From: Alphaproteobacteria bacterium
GTDB lineage: Bacteria > Pseudomonadota > Alphaproteobacteria > JANSWW01
Direction: 5' to 3'
DNA length: 64,000 bases
Assembly (NCBI GenBank): GCA_024743275.1
Contig: JANSWW010000003.1
Span: 156,521 to 220,520, forward strand
A program made the position numbers and the translations under genes. Under the pieces are notes generated by a model. That model had not been told where the DNA came from, ran no database searches, and saw only the letters and a list, made by a program, of their open reading frames with translations. Below, piece after piece: positions 1 through 9,252 of this stretch. The first letter of the stretch is position 1, and every line of letters begins with the position of its first letter.

Positions 1-141
1 TGGATTGTGCCAAGTTCTGGCCCAGTTTTTCCTTCTCCACTGACGGTCATCTGTGGCTTCTCATGATCGGAGGCCGGACGGTAGCGCAGAGAGCGGTGCT
101 GAGGAAAGCTGTTGCGGCGGGAAGCAGCTTTACTTGGACTG

Positions 142-339
142 TCAAGGGTGCATTTTTGCGTCCTTGGTGATCTTGTCGACGACTTTCTTCTCGTCGCGCA
201 GCGCGAGACCGGCCAATGGCAGTTCCTCAGAAGGATAACGTGCGACAGCGGCGCGGTTTGCCGCGTCATGGCCGGTTTGTAACATGTCATCGATTTAGAT
301 AGCCAGGCGGACATTGCGGTTCGTCGCCCGCCCGCTTTG
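142..339 (-). pseudogene. Remnant of a DUF2000-family gene (5'-truncated, in-frame stop)
   Basis: Manual minus-strand translation gives RATNRNVRLAI*IDDMLQTGHDAANRAAVARYPSEELPLAGLALRDEKKVVDKITKDAKMHP*. This matches the remembered C-terminal half of DUF2000 proteins (..YIEEMF.TGHDAANRA...GIALR..KK.VDKITKGA.MHP). TAA at 295-297 sits where Tyr is expected, and there is no room for the N-terminal half before the mttB stop at 342-344. Not in the ORF track. Confidence 0.7.
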
Positions 340-341
340 GA

Positions 342-1913
342 CTAAATGTTCGAGTCCGGGAAGGCGGCCTTGCGGCGGGCCATGAAGTCGAGCAGTTGCT
401 CGTCCACACCCGGATCGATCGGCGGCGCCTCATAGGCGGCGAGCTTCGCCTTCACCACATTGGCGGCGTGCTGATAGGTGTCGATGGAGCCTTCCGCCTG
501 CCATTGCTCGAAGGTCGCGTTGTTGGCGATCTCGGAGCGGAAGAACGCGGTCTCGAAATTCCGCTGGGTGTGGTTGCAGCCGAGGAAATGGCCGCCGGGG
601 CCGACCTCCTTCAGGGCGTCCATGGCCTGGCCGTTCTCCGACATGTCCACGCCCGCCGTCATGGTGTGCATCATGGCGAGCTGGTCGGCGTCCATCACCA
701 GCTTTTCATAGGAGGAGGCGAGCCCGCCCTCCAGCCAGCCGGCGGCGTGCAGCACGAAATTGACCCCGCCGAGGACGGTCGGCAGCAGGGTGTTGGCGCT
801 CTCATAGGCGGCCTGGGCGTCGGGGATCTTGGAGCCGCACAGCGACCCGCCGGAGCGGAAGGGCACGCCGAGGCGCCGGGCCAGTTCCGCCATCCCGTAG
901 AGCACCATGGCCGGTTCCGGCGTGCCGAAGGTCGGCGCGCCCGACTGCATGGAGATCGAGCTGGCGAAGGAGCCGAACACCACCGGCGCGCCCTTGCGGA
1001 CGAGCTGGGCGAAGGCGATGCCGGTCATCGCCTCGGCGAGGGTCTGGGCCATGGTCCCCGCGACCGTCACCGGCGACATGGCGCCCGACAGGATGAAGGG
1101 GGTGATGATGACGGCCTGATTGTTGCGGGCGAAGACCTTGAGGGCGCCGAGCATGGTGGCGTCCCAGGTCAGCGGCGAGTTGGCGTTGATCAGGCTGATC
1201 ATCACCGTGTTCCGGTCGACGAATTCCTCGCCGAACAGGATCTTCGCCATATCGACGGAATCCTGCGCCCGGTCCGGATGGGTCACCGAGCCCATGAACG
1301 GCTTGTCGCTATGCCGCATATGGGCATAGAGCATGTCGAAGTGGCGCTTGTTGACCGGCAGGTCGACCGGCTCGCAGACCGTGCCGCCGGAGTGGTGCAG
1401 GGCCGGCGACATATAGGTGAGCTTCACGAAATTGCGGAAGTCCTCGATGGTCGCGTAGCGGCGGCCGCCCTCATAGTCGCGCACGAAGGGCGGACCGTAG
1501 ACCGGGGCGAAGACCGTCGCGTTTCCGCCGATCTCGACATTGTTCTGCGCGTTGCGGGCGTGCTGGGTAAAGGTCGACGGCGCCGTCTTGCACAATTCGC
1601 GGGCCATGCCCTTGGGCATCCGCACCCGTTCGCCGTCGACGTCGGCCCCGGCATCCTTCCAGATCTGGATGGCCTCCGGATCGTCGCGGAATTCGACCCC
1701 GATCTCCTGTAGGATGATATCGGCGTTCTCCTCGATCCGGACCAGCGCCTCCTCGCTCATCACCTGATAGGGCGGGATATTGCGGTTGATATAGTGGAGC
1801 TGACGGACGGCCTTGGTCTCGCGCGCGGCCCGGCGGGCCTCCCGGCCCCCACCACCCCGGCCCCGGCGCGCCGCCCGGCCGCCCTGGCCTTCCGTGTTCT
1901 CGATATCCGCCAT
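342..1913 (-). CDS. Trimethylamine methyltransferase (MttB) family protein, non-pyrrolysine type
   Basis: C-terminal 523 aa of the 904-aa ORF, start re-set to ATG 1913 (MADIENT...). Family motifs: Arg/Gly-rich N-terminus, GGTVCEPVD, INANSPL, GAMSPVT, GAPTFGTPE, HAAGWLEGG. No in-frame TAG. Confidence 0.9.
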   Translation of the reverse strand: MADIENTEGQGGRAARRGRGGGGREARRAARETKAVRQLHYINRNIPPYQVMSEEALVRIEENADIILQEIGVEFRDDPEAIQIWKDAGADVDGERVRMPKGMARELCKTAPSTFTQHARNAQNNVEIGGNATVFAPVYGPPFVRDYEGGRRYATIEDFRNFVKLTYMSPALHHSGGTVCEPVDLPVNKRHFDMLYAHMRHSDKPFMGSVTHPDRAQDSVDMAKILFGEEFVDRNTVMISLINANSPLTWDATMLGALKVFARNNQAVIITPFILSGAMSPVTVAGTMAQTLAEAMTGIAFAQLVRKGAPVVFGSFASSISMQSGAPTFGTPEPAMVLYGMAELARRLGVPFRSGGSLCGSKIPDAQAAYESANTLLPTVLGGVNFVLHAAGWLEGGLASSYEKLVMDADQLAMMHTMTAGVDMSENGQAMDALKEVGPGGHFLGCNHTQRNFETAFFRSEIANNATFEQWQAEGSIDTYQHAANVVKAKLAAYEAPPIDPGVDEQLLDFMARRKAAFPDSNI

Positions 1914-2108
1914 CGTCAGATACTCCCAGAATTGCGCGCCTGTGCGCACGAGGTTCGACCCGTTCGAATTGTTTCCGTTATGTGATCCGGGCGGGGGGCG
2001 GCGGCGCGTTCCAAGGCGACAGCGGCTATTCCCTTTCCGCCACCGGATGCTATCCCCTCTCCGGATGTATCCGCTAGACCGAATCCCACCCGTCGTCAGG
2101 GGACAATT

Positions 2109-3149
2109 GTGACGCCCGATCTCGCCCTGGAGGCGCTCAGCCACCTCTTCGACCGCGACCCCGCCTTGCAAAGCCGCAGGGAGACGGGGGGATTTTTGAT
2201 TCGGCCCACCGCCCTGCCGCGGGGCTTCCGCGGTTTCATCGCCGAACAGACCTTTCGGCCCGCCGCCGACCGGCTCAAGGCGTCGGGTCTCAGGGTGACA
2301 CGGCGCGTCTCCGGCCGGCATGCGACCGGGGTCGTGCTGGCGACCCAGCATAAGGAGGAGACGCTGGCCAACATCGCTCGGGCGTGGGGCCATCTGGAGC
2401 CGGGCGGCCTGCTGGTCTTTGCCGGTGAGAACGGCATGGGGGGCAAGAGCCTCGGCAAGCAGGTGGCCGTGGCCCTGAACGGGGCGCTGAATGGGGCCCT
2501 GAACGGGGCGCGCCGGGAGAGCCTGCGCAAATCGACCGTTCTGCTCGCCGCGAAGTCTGGGGAGGCGCCACCGGCCTTCGAGGCCTGGCTTGAGCAGGAC
2601 CAATTGGCGGTCCGGATCGAGCATCGATTCGCGACCCGGCCCGGCATGTTCTCCTGGAAGGCCGCGGATAAGGGCTCGGTCCTGTTGCGTCGTCATCTGC
2701 CGGACCGGTTTTCGGGGCGGATCGCCGATCTCGGCGCCGGCTGGGGGTATCTCGCGGTCCATCTCGCCGACCGGGCGGAGCCGGGCACTTGCGTCGATCT
2801 CTATGAGGCGGAGTTGCGGGCTCTGCAGGCCGCCCGGCTCAACCTTGCCGATGCCGGTCCCGAGATCGCCTGCCGTTATCGCTGGGTCGACGTCACGCGC
2901 CGGGCGCTGCCGAGACGGGCCTACGACCTGGTCGTCACCAATCCGCCCTTCCATGAAGGGCAGAGCGCCGATCCCGGGATCGGCCGCGAATTCCTGACCC
3001 GGGCCGCCGAGATGCTGAAGCCCGGCGGGACTCTGCTCGCGGTCGCCAATCGCCATCTACCCTACGAGGCGACGCTCGACCGGGCGTTCCGACGGTGGGA
3101 GACGATCGCGGACGAGGGCGGGTTCAAGGTGTTTTCCGCCATGCGTTGA
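2109..3149 (+). CDS. Class I SAM-dependent methyltransferase, RsmC/MTS-like
   Basis: PGMFSW..AD.GS, IADLGAGWGYL (SAM-binding), VTNPPFH, and VANRHLPYE...GGFKV C-terminus typical of RsmC. Confidence 0.85.
   Translation: MTPDLALEALSHLFDRDPALQSRRETGGFLIRPTALPRGFRGFIAEQTFRPAADRLKASGLRVTRRVSGRHATGVVLATQHKEETLANIARAWGHLEPGGLLVFAGENGMGGKSLGKQVAVALNGALNGALNGARRESLRKSTVLLAAKSGEAPPAFEAWLEQDQLAVRIEHRFATRPGMFSWKAADKGSVLLRRHLPDRFSGRIADLGAGWGYLAVHLADRAEPGTCVDLYEAELRALQAARLNLADAGPEIACRYRWVDVTRRALPRRAYDLVVTNPPFHEGQSADPGIGREFLTRAAEMLKPGGTLLAVANRHLPYEATLDRAFRRWETIADEGGFKVFSAMR
2472..2510 (+). repeat. 12-nt tandem repeat x3 (ALNG) inside the methyltransferase
   Basis: gccctgaacggg / gcgctgaatggg / gccctgaacggg / gcg. 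Confidence 0.85.
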
Positions 3150-3231
3150 GGTCGACCGACCGCACGGTCTTGATTGGCGGTCTTGATTGACGGCCTTGAT
3201 TTTGGGTCGGTTTGGCGGCACGTAACGGTCC

Positions 3232-3504
3232 ATGAGTGACGATCCCGATCTGAAGGCCCTGGCCCCCGACGGCGCGCAAATCCTGGACGTGCGGGGTTTC
3301 GCGTGCCCGCTGCCCGTGTTGAAGACCCGTAAGGCGATCAAATCGGTCGACGATGGCGGGCTGTTGCTGGTGGTCGCGACCGACCCCGCCGCCCCCTTGG
3401 ACTTCGAGGTCTATTGCCACCGGGCCGGCAATCCGCTGGAAGAGCAGTGGCAGAAGGACGATCTGTTCGGATTCCTGATCCGCAAGGGCGGTGCCGCCGC
3501 CTGA
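3232..3504 (+). CDS. tusA: TusA/SirA-family sulfurtransferase
   Basis: LDVRGFACPLPVLK (CPxP motif) and ATDPAAPLDF; 90 aa. Confidence 0.88.
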   Translation: MSDDPDLKALAPDGAQILDVRGFACPLPVLKTRKAIKSVDDGGLLLVVATDPAAPLDFEVYCHRAGNPLEEQWQKDDLFGFLIRKGGAAA

Positions 3505-3524
3505 TCGAGAGTACTTTCCGACCG

Positions 3525-5483
3525 TCACATTGTCTCGAACGGCGGCGCTTCCACGGTACCCAGGGTATCGACGAACGGTAGGCCCGGGATGCCGGGGATT
3601 TCCGGAAAGCTGGGGATCGTCGGGATGTCGAAAGTTCCCGGCAGATTGTTGAGCAAGGTCTGCAGCGCGGTGAAATCGAGGGTTCTGAGCGCACCGGTGA
3701 AGAAGGAGACGTCACCCGTCATGGCGTAATCCAGGACGGCGGCCTCGAAGGCCGGGGTTCCCGTCTCGAACCCGATGTTGGTGGCCAGGCTCTGAGCGGT
3801 CTGCACCAACTGCGGGTCGAGCTGGTCGGTGGAGGCGGGCGTCGCGGGGAAGCTCTTATCCGTGAAGCTGTCGGTGGTTTGGCCGCTCTCATAGTCGAAC
3901 AGGGATTCCGCCTGGGTGATCCGCCAGCTATCGGCCAGGGTCCGGTGGATCTGCTCGAAACTCGCCGTGCTGCCCAAATTCGTCCCGTCGCTCAAGGATA
4001 GATCGTTGCCCGGATCGCCGTCCTTGTTCCCCAGAAGACCCGTGACGCTTCCCGAGGCCCGGCTGTCCGCCAGCGTGATGTCGACGTCGAAGAAGGCGCC
4101 AAATTGCGGACCCGGCCCGTTGTTGGCGATGATCATCTTGTCGCCCGTTGCGAAGAACAGGGTGTATTCGTTGCTCTGCCGGGTGACGGCGCCGGTGCCA
4201 ACCTGTTGGGTGGCACCATCGGCCAGTTCGACCGTCGCGCCATCCACCTTCAGGGTGAGAGTCTCGCCCGCCGTGAAGGAGACCCGGGCCGATCCGACTC
4301 GGGTCGCGATCGCCGTGGTGAGCGAGATCGAGGTGCCCTCCACCGGCTCGTAGCGGACCTGGATTTCGAAGCCGTCCGAGGCGGCGGTCACCAGCTTGAA
4401 CTCCCCGACCGCCATGAAGTCGTAGGCCAGTCCGTCGAAGCTGACGAGATGGGGGTCGCCATGGCTTTGGCCCCGGTCGCCCTGATCCGGGTCGGAGAGC
4501 AGGCGGGGTGGGGCGATATCGGGTAGGCCCGCCATAGGCAGCCCCGCGGTCGGGAAGCTGTCCCGCAGCTGATTGAAGAAAGCCAGACTATCGGTCGCAA
4601 TGTCCGGGTTCGCCGCCGTGAAGGCGTTCTCGTCGAAGAACTGCCTGTTCTCCGCCTGGCCGAAAGCCTGAAAGTGCTCGGCCGCCTGCTGCACGTTGAA
4701 GCCCGCGCTCAAAAGATCGGGGTTCCGCATCAGATATCCCGCCGCGTCGAAGCCGGGCAGGCGCCCCTCGTCGCGGCCGAAGTTGACGAAGTGCTCTCCG
4801 GCCTGCGCTTCGGTGAGGCCGGCGGCGATCAGGTCCGGATTGGCGGCGAGATAGGCGTCGGCGCTGAGCGGACGGCTCTCCGCCTGTCCGAAAAGTTTGA
4901 AATGCTCCAGCGCCTGGGCCTCGGTCAGGCCGGCGGCCGTGAGGTCGGGGTTGACCGCGAGATAGGCGGCAGCGTCGAAGTCGAGCATCCGATCCTCGTT
5001 GCGGCCGAAGTTGAGGAAATGGCTGAGGGCGCTCTCGGTTGTCAGGCCGGCCGCCGCAAGATCGGGATTGGCGGTGAGATAGGATTCCGCATCGAAATTG
5101 AACGCGTCGTTCTCAGTGATCGTCCCTTTGGCGCTCAGGCTCATCCTGCCGTCCGGAAAGGCGGCGTTCACCGGGTTGAACAGGCCGACCAGGAAGGTCT
5201 CGTCCGGTTCGATCGAGATGTCGGGGGTGATGGCGACCTCGATCGTTTTCGTGGTCTCGCCCGGTGCGAAGGTCAGCGTCCCCGGCGTGGCCGTATAGTC
5301 CGTGCCATTGGTCGCGAGATCATCGAAGAAGCGGTAGTCCATGGTCACCGCTTCCTCGGGCGCGCGGTCCAGGCTTACCGTAAAGGTTGCGGTCCGGCCG
5401 ACGGCATCGGTTTCCGTAACCGTGGCGTCGGAGATCGAGACGGTGGGGGTGGTTGGAGTTTCCGTCGCGCGCGGGTTGGTCAT
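3525..5483 (-). CDS. Calx-beta + YLxxNPD repeats + VWD-domain protein (probable surface/extracellular protein)
   Basis: Calx-beta pattern (VSISDATVTE...ATFTVSL...DY....GTLTFAPGETTKTIEV...EPDETF); about 4.5 copies of FDAxxYLxxNPDLxxAG...HFxxFGxxExR; VWD start HGDPHLVSFDGLAYDF and GLLGNKDG. Confidence 0.8.
   Translation of the reverse strand: MTNPRATETPTTPTVSISDATVTETDAVGRTATFTVSLDRAPEEAVTMDYRFFDDLATNGTDYTATPGTLTFAPGETTKTIEVAITPDISIEPDETFLVGLFNPVNAAFPDGRMSLSAKGTITENDAFNFDAESYLTANPDLAAAGLTTESALSHFLNFGRNEDRMLDFDAAAYLAVNPDLTAAGLTEAQALEHFKLFGQAESRPLSADAYLAANPDLIAAGLTEAQAGEHFVNFGRDEGRLPGFDAAGYLMRNPDLLSAGFNVQQAAEHFQAFGQAENRQFFDENAFTAANPDIATDSLAFFNQLRDSFPTAGLPMAGLPDIAPPRLLSDPDQGDRGQSHGDPHLVSFDGLAYDFMAVGEFKLVTAASDGFEIQVRYEPVEGTSISLTTAIATRVGSARVSFTAGETLTLKVDGATVELADGATQQVGTGAVTRQSNEYTLFFATGDKMIIANNGPGPQFGAFFDVDITLADSRASGSVTGLLGNKDGDPGNDLSLSDGTNLGSTASFEQIHRTLADSWRITQAESLFDYESGQTTDSFTDKSFPATPASTDQLDPQLVQTAQSLATNIGFETGTPAFEAAVLDYAMTGDVSFFTGALRTLDFTALQTLLNNLPGTFDIPTIPSFPEIPGIPGLPFVDTLGTVEAPPFETM
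4596..5096 (-). repeat. Intragenic ~38-aa repeats (4 full + 1 partial)
   Basis: FDAESYLTANPDL / FDAAAYLAVNPDL / LSADAYLAANPDL / FDAAGYLMRNPDL / FDENAFTAANPDI. Confidence 0.9.
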
Positions 5484-5724
5484 TGCTTGCCCCGTGATCG
5501 TTTCCTGAATCTCGGATCAAGTTTATAGCCCTAAAAAAATAGGGGTTTTGATCGAGGTCAATTTCCAGCCTTCTTCCCGTTGCCGAGAACGCCTCTTTTC
5601 CGGTATTTCTGAAGCGGAGGATCCATCGTAGGATGGGGGGCACAGTCGCGGTGCGCACTCTTGCGATGACGACGGGAGGTTGGGGGGTAAGGTGAGCGTC
5701 GCGAAGACCAATTTGCGCTGCGAA

Positions 5725-6384
5725 ATGCTGACCCTTCGCGAAGACAGGGTAAAGACGCCCAACGGGGTCTTCATCAGCGGCGTTCATGTGAAACTGCCCG
5801 ACTTGATTGGCGAGGCGGTGGCCGGGCGGCTTTTCGGTGACGAGGCGGTCCGGACCGTTGTGGGATCGAAACAGGCCAAGGGCGAAATCCGCCGGCCCCT
5901 CTTCCTCGCCGGCTCCATAGGGGGATACAAAGCGGTCAAGCAGGCCGTCGGAGAGATCGAGCGGCTGCGGCTCACCGACCTCGGCAAACTCGATCTGGAG
6001 GACGGCAAACTCCAGCAAACGCCCAAGACGGCCACCGAGACGGATTTCTTCAGTGCCCATGTCGCCCCAAAAGCCGGCGAGCAAGGGCATGTCGTGGAAT
6101 GCGGCGTGGTCCGCTTCATTCTCACCGACTTTCTGTCCTACGATTCCGTGGTAACCGCCTTCAGCGATCGGTGGATGCTGCAATTCATGGCAAAGCTGGA
6201 CCTGTTTCCCGTCTTCTTGATGGAGGACCCCGCCTATTTCGAGGTCCGGGACCTTCTGCCCCTGTTCCATCGGCTGGGCGGCGAGTTGGACATCCCCATC
6301 GTTCTGCTCGCCAATTTCCGGGACCGTCGCGCCCAGAACGCCGTTCTCGAGGTCTTGGGCGTCGATCCGAACGCCATCGGCTGA
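5725..6384 (+). CDS. Hypothetical protein
   Basis: ORF with natural amino-acid composition that fills the gap. First ATG is at 5725 (the track starts at TTG 5680). No family recognised. Confidence 0.65.
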   Translation: MLTLREDRVKTPNGVFISGVHVKLPDLIGEAVAGRLFGDEAVRTVVGSKQAKGEIRRPLFLAGSIGGYKAVKQAVGEIERLRLTDLGKLDLEDGKLQQTPKTATETDFFSAHVAPKAGEQGHVVECGVVRFILTDFLSYDSVVTAFSDRWMLQFMAKLDLFPVFLMEDPAYFEVRDLLPLFHRLGGELDIPIVLLANFRDRRAQNAVLEVLGVDPNAIG

Positions 6385-6715
6385 TCTCCCTTTCCCCCGC
6401 CGCTCTTGCCGATCCAGCCTCATAACAGCTTTCCGGAATAGCACTCAAAACGAGATATTCATATATTTATATACGAGTGTTTAGAATATTTGCTCAGTCG
6501 AATCCTAATATCGTCGACGGTCCGTTGGGGCTCTTCTGTGCTGTCTCTTCAATAGGCGAAGTGGTGTCGCAAAAAACCCACTTTAATGGTGCGAACCGAA
6601 ATTGCTTGGAACATCTCGCGTTGAACATTATTAGTACCCCGTACGCACATGAGTTCGGAAAATATCGAAAATCTAATGTGCTAGGGATCCAAGAGACATT
6701 GTGGAGGCAACGTTA

Positions 6716-8035
6716 ATGGAAGAGCAGAAAACAGAGTATGAAGCTGCGGAAAACAATCTGACCGCGGATGGTCTGCGTCCGGTATCCACCCTTCAGGACG
6801 ACGCGCCGAGCGACGAGAATCGCCGCGGCTTTCTGAAAACCGCCGGGATCGCGGCGCTCGCATCCGTTGTATCGGTGCCGTTCAGCCGGTTCTTTCCCGA
6901 AGGACTTCAGCCGGTCGGCCTGGCCCACGCGGCCGGCGGGGATATGGACGCCTATGCGTTCAAGGACCAGTTGACGCTCCTGAACGATCGTCCGATCAAC
7001 GCCGAAACGGCGGCCCATCTTCTGGACGACCGGGTGACGCCGGCCAACCGTCTGTTCATTCGGAACAACGGCCAGGTGCCGGAACACGCCCTGAACATGG
7101 ACGCCTCCGACTGGAAGCTCACCATCGACGGCGAGGTCGACAAGACGATCGAACTCACGCTCGACGAGCTCAAGTCCAATTTCGAGAATGTCACCCGTCA
7201 GCTTGTTCTCGAATGCGGCGGCAACGGACGTGCTTTCTTCGTGCCCGGCGCGTCGGGCAACCAGTGGACGACGGGGGCGGTCGGCGCTCCCGAGTGGACC
7301 GGGGTCCGGATGCGCGACGTGCTGAACGCGGCGGGCGTCAAGCCGAGTGCCGTCTACACCGGCCATTACGGCAACGACCCGCACTTGTCCGGCGATCCGG
7401 AGAAGGTCGCGATCTCGCGTGGTGTTCCGATCGAGAAGGCCATGGAGGAAGACGCTCTCATCGTCTGGGCGATGAACGGTGAGGACCTGCCGGCCATTCA
7501 CGGCTTCCCGCTCCGGACCATCGTGCCGGGCTATCCCGGGTCCGCCTCGCAGAAGTGGCTCACCCGCATCTGGGTCCGCGATCAGGTCCATGACGGTCCG
7601 AAGATGGGCGGCTATTCCTACCGGATGCCGGCGTATCCGGTGGCCCCGGGCACCGAGGTTCCGACCGAAGACATGGTGATCATGACCACCATGCCGGTGA
7701 AGTCGCTGATCACGAGCCCGGCGACGGGCACGCAGATGACCGGCAAGACCCTGGACATCCGCGGGCACACCTGGGCCGACGGGGACGTCGCGTCGGTGCA
7801 CGTCTCCCACGACTTCGGTCAGACCTGGCAGGAAGCCAAGCTGGAGAAGCCCGTCAACCGCTATGCCTGGCAGCACTTCAGTGCCACCATCGAGCTCCCG
7901 CAGGCCGGTTACTATGAGATCTGGTCGCGGGCGACCGATATGGAAGGCCGCACCCAGCCGGTGACCACCCCGGGCTGGAACCCGCGCGGCTACGGCAACA
8001 ACATGGTCCATCGGATCGCCGTGCTGGCCGGCTAA
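6716..8035 (+). CDS. Sulfite oxidase-family molybdoenzyme (SorT/SoxC-like) with Tat signal
   Basis: GGAGG RBS before ATG 6716; RRGFLK twin-arginine motif; LFIRNNG, LECGGNGR (Mo-ligating Cys), HGFPLR, PGYPGSASQKWL, WNPRGY. Confidence 0.92.
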   Translation: MEEQKTEYEAAENNLTADGLRPVSTLQDDAPSDENRRGFLKTAGIAALASVVSVPFSRFFPEGLQPVGLAHAAGGDMDAYAFKDQLTLLNDRPINAETAAHLLDDRVTPANRLFIRNNGQVPEHALNMDASDWKLTIDGEVDKTIELTLDELKSNFENVTRQLVLECGGNGRAFFVPGASGNQWTTGAVGAPEWTGVRMRDVLNAAGVKPSAVYTGHYGNDPHLSGDPEKVAISRGVPIEKAMEEDALIVWAMNGEDLPAIHGFPLRTIVPGYPGSASQKWLTRIWVRDQVHDGPKMGGYSYRMPAYPVAPGTEVPTEDMVIMTTMPVKSLITSPATGTQMTGKTLDIRGHTWADGDVASVHVSHDFGQTWQEAKLEKPVNRYAWQHFSATIELPQAGYYEIWSRATDMEGRTQPVTTPGWNPRGYGNNMVHRIAVLAG

Positions 8036-8157
8036 CGGCCGGACACCGCACCGGATGCCGGGGCGTGTATCGGATGCGCGCCCCGGCTTTCCGCCCTATT
8101 CCTCTATATTGCATGAGTGCGGTGATGCTCATGCCGATCGCTATGACGGAGCTGGAG

Positions 8158-8610
8158 ATGAAGCTGCGGTTTCTAGGGGCTGGTTTCGCCTCTGTTTTTG
8201 TTCTTGGTGTTGGCTTGTTCGGCCTCACGACCGATGCCGCCGCGGAGGCGGCGATCCCGAATCCGATGATCCAGCCGGGGCCGCTGATGCCGCAGCCCGG
8301 TCAGCCAATGAGCCCGATGAATATCGCGCCGATGCAGCCCCTGGGCGGTTTGGCGGGGCAACCGGAAACCGGGGTCGAGCGGGATCCCGAATTCGAGAAT
8401 TTGCCGATCTCGCCCGGCATGGAGGATACCTTCTACGCGTGTACCGCGTGCCATTCCTCCCAGACCTTTCAGCAGATGCGCCTTACCGAGGCCCGCTGGG
8501 AGTATCTCTGGGACTGGATGATCAAGGAACAGGGGATGCCGGAATACGACGCCGAGACCCGTGACATCATCCTCGCCTATCTCAACGAGCACTTCTCGTC
8601 CGAGCGGTAA
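8158..8610 (+). CDS. Mono-heme cytochrome c, SorU-like partner of the sulfite dehydrogenase
   Basis: CTACH heme motif, W..LWDWMIKEQGM, N-terminal signal peptide and a Pro/Met-rich linker; directly downstream of the molybdoenzyme. Confidence 0.82.
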   Translation: MKLRFLGAGFASVFVLGVGLFGLTTDAAAEAAIPNPMIQPGPLMPQPGQPMSPMNIAPMQPLGGLAGQPETGVERDPEFENLPISPGMEDTFYACTACHSSQTFQQMRLTEARWEYLWDWMIKEQGMPEYDAETRDIILAYLNEHFSSER

Positions 8611-8631
8611 CGCCGTTTGCAAGGTCCTGTG

Positions 8632-8661
8632 AAAAGGGGCGCCGTCCACTGGGAGGCGCCC
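8632..8661 (-). terminator. Putative intrinsic terminator between convergent genes
   Basis: Stem gggcgcc (8637-8643) / ggcgccc (8655-8661), followed by TTTT on the minus strand. Confidence 0.45.
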
Positions 8662-8684
8662 ATCCGGGCTATGGATCAAACAGC

Positions 8685-9056
8685 CTAGAGCAGTTTCCAC
8701 TCGCCCGCCTCGGTGCGGCAGCGATCGATGATGTAGCGGAAATGGTCGCCGGCGTCCTTGACATAGATGTCGTGCTGCAGGCGGACACAGTCCAGGCCCC
8801 GTTCCTTGAACAGCTTAATGATCTCCACCGTCCCCTTGTTGCCTGTATCCTTGTTGGTCCAGGCTCCCAAGTCGCCGACCGCCCTTGCGTCGTTGCCGTA
8901 GAGCTCTTTGGCCGCGGCGCGGAGCATCTGCCGGTCTTCTTTGGTGATTTCGAAGTTGTCGCGCAGGAAAATGGTGCTGGCCCCCGCTGGCAGCGCTGCC
9001 GTCAAGAAGAGACCCGCCGCGACGGCCGCCAATAGATGGTTCTTGAACCGCATCAC
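8685..9056 (-). CDS. RT0821/Lpp0805 (17-kDa surface antigen-like) exported protein
   Basis: Signal peptide; WTNKDTGNKG...CVRLQH...CRTEAGEWKL pattern. Confidence 0.75.
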   Translation of the reverse strand: MMRFKNHLLAAVAAGLFLTAALPAGASTIFLRDNFEITKEDRQMLRAAAKELYGNDARAVGDLGAWTNKDTGNKGTVEIIKLFKERGLDCVRLQHDIYVKDAGDHFRYIIDRCRTEAGEWKLL

Positions 9057-9252
9057 TTTGTCTCCTCTGGGTGGCTCCCATGGATGGCCGGCGCGATGGA
9101 CGCTGGCTCACTTTCCACTCGCTTGAAACGATACCCTGACCCGGGGTTACCGACAATCCATCAAAAGGGGCGATGAAAGGCGTGCAAAAGGGGGGGGCTG
9201 TGCGATCTGCCGGCTGGGCTTAGGATGATTCGGCACCGGCAGAGCAGGGGGT

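Noticed and set aside
342-1913. Pyrrolysine recoding in MttB
   Set aside because: No in-frame TAG inside the gene and no pyl genes in the window.
1914-3056. N-terminal 381 aa of the 904-aa ORF (apparent giant MttB fusion)
   Set aside because: It is mostly the antisense shadow of the RsmC-like gene; MttB similarity begins at ATG 1913.
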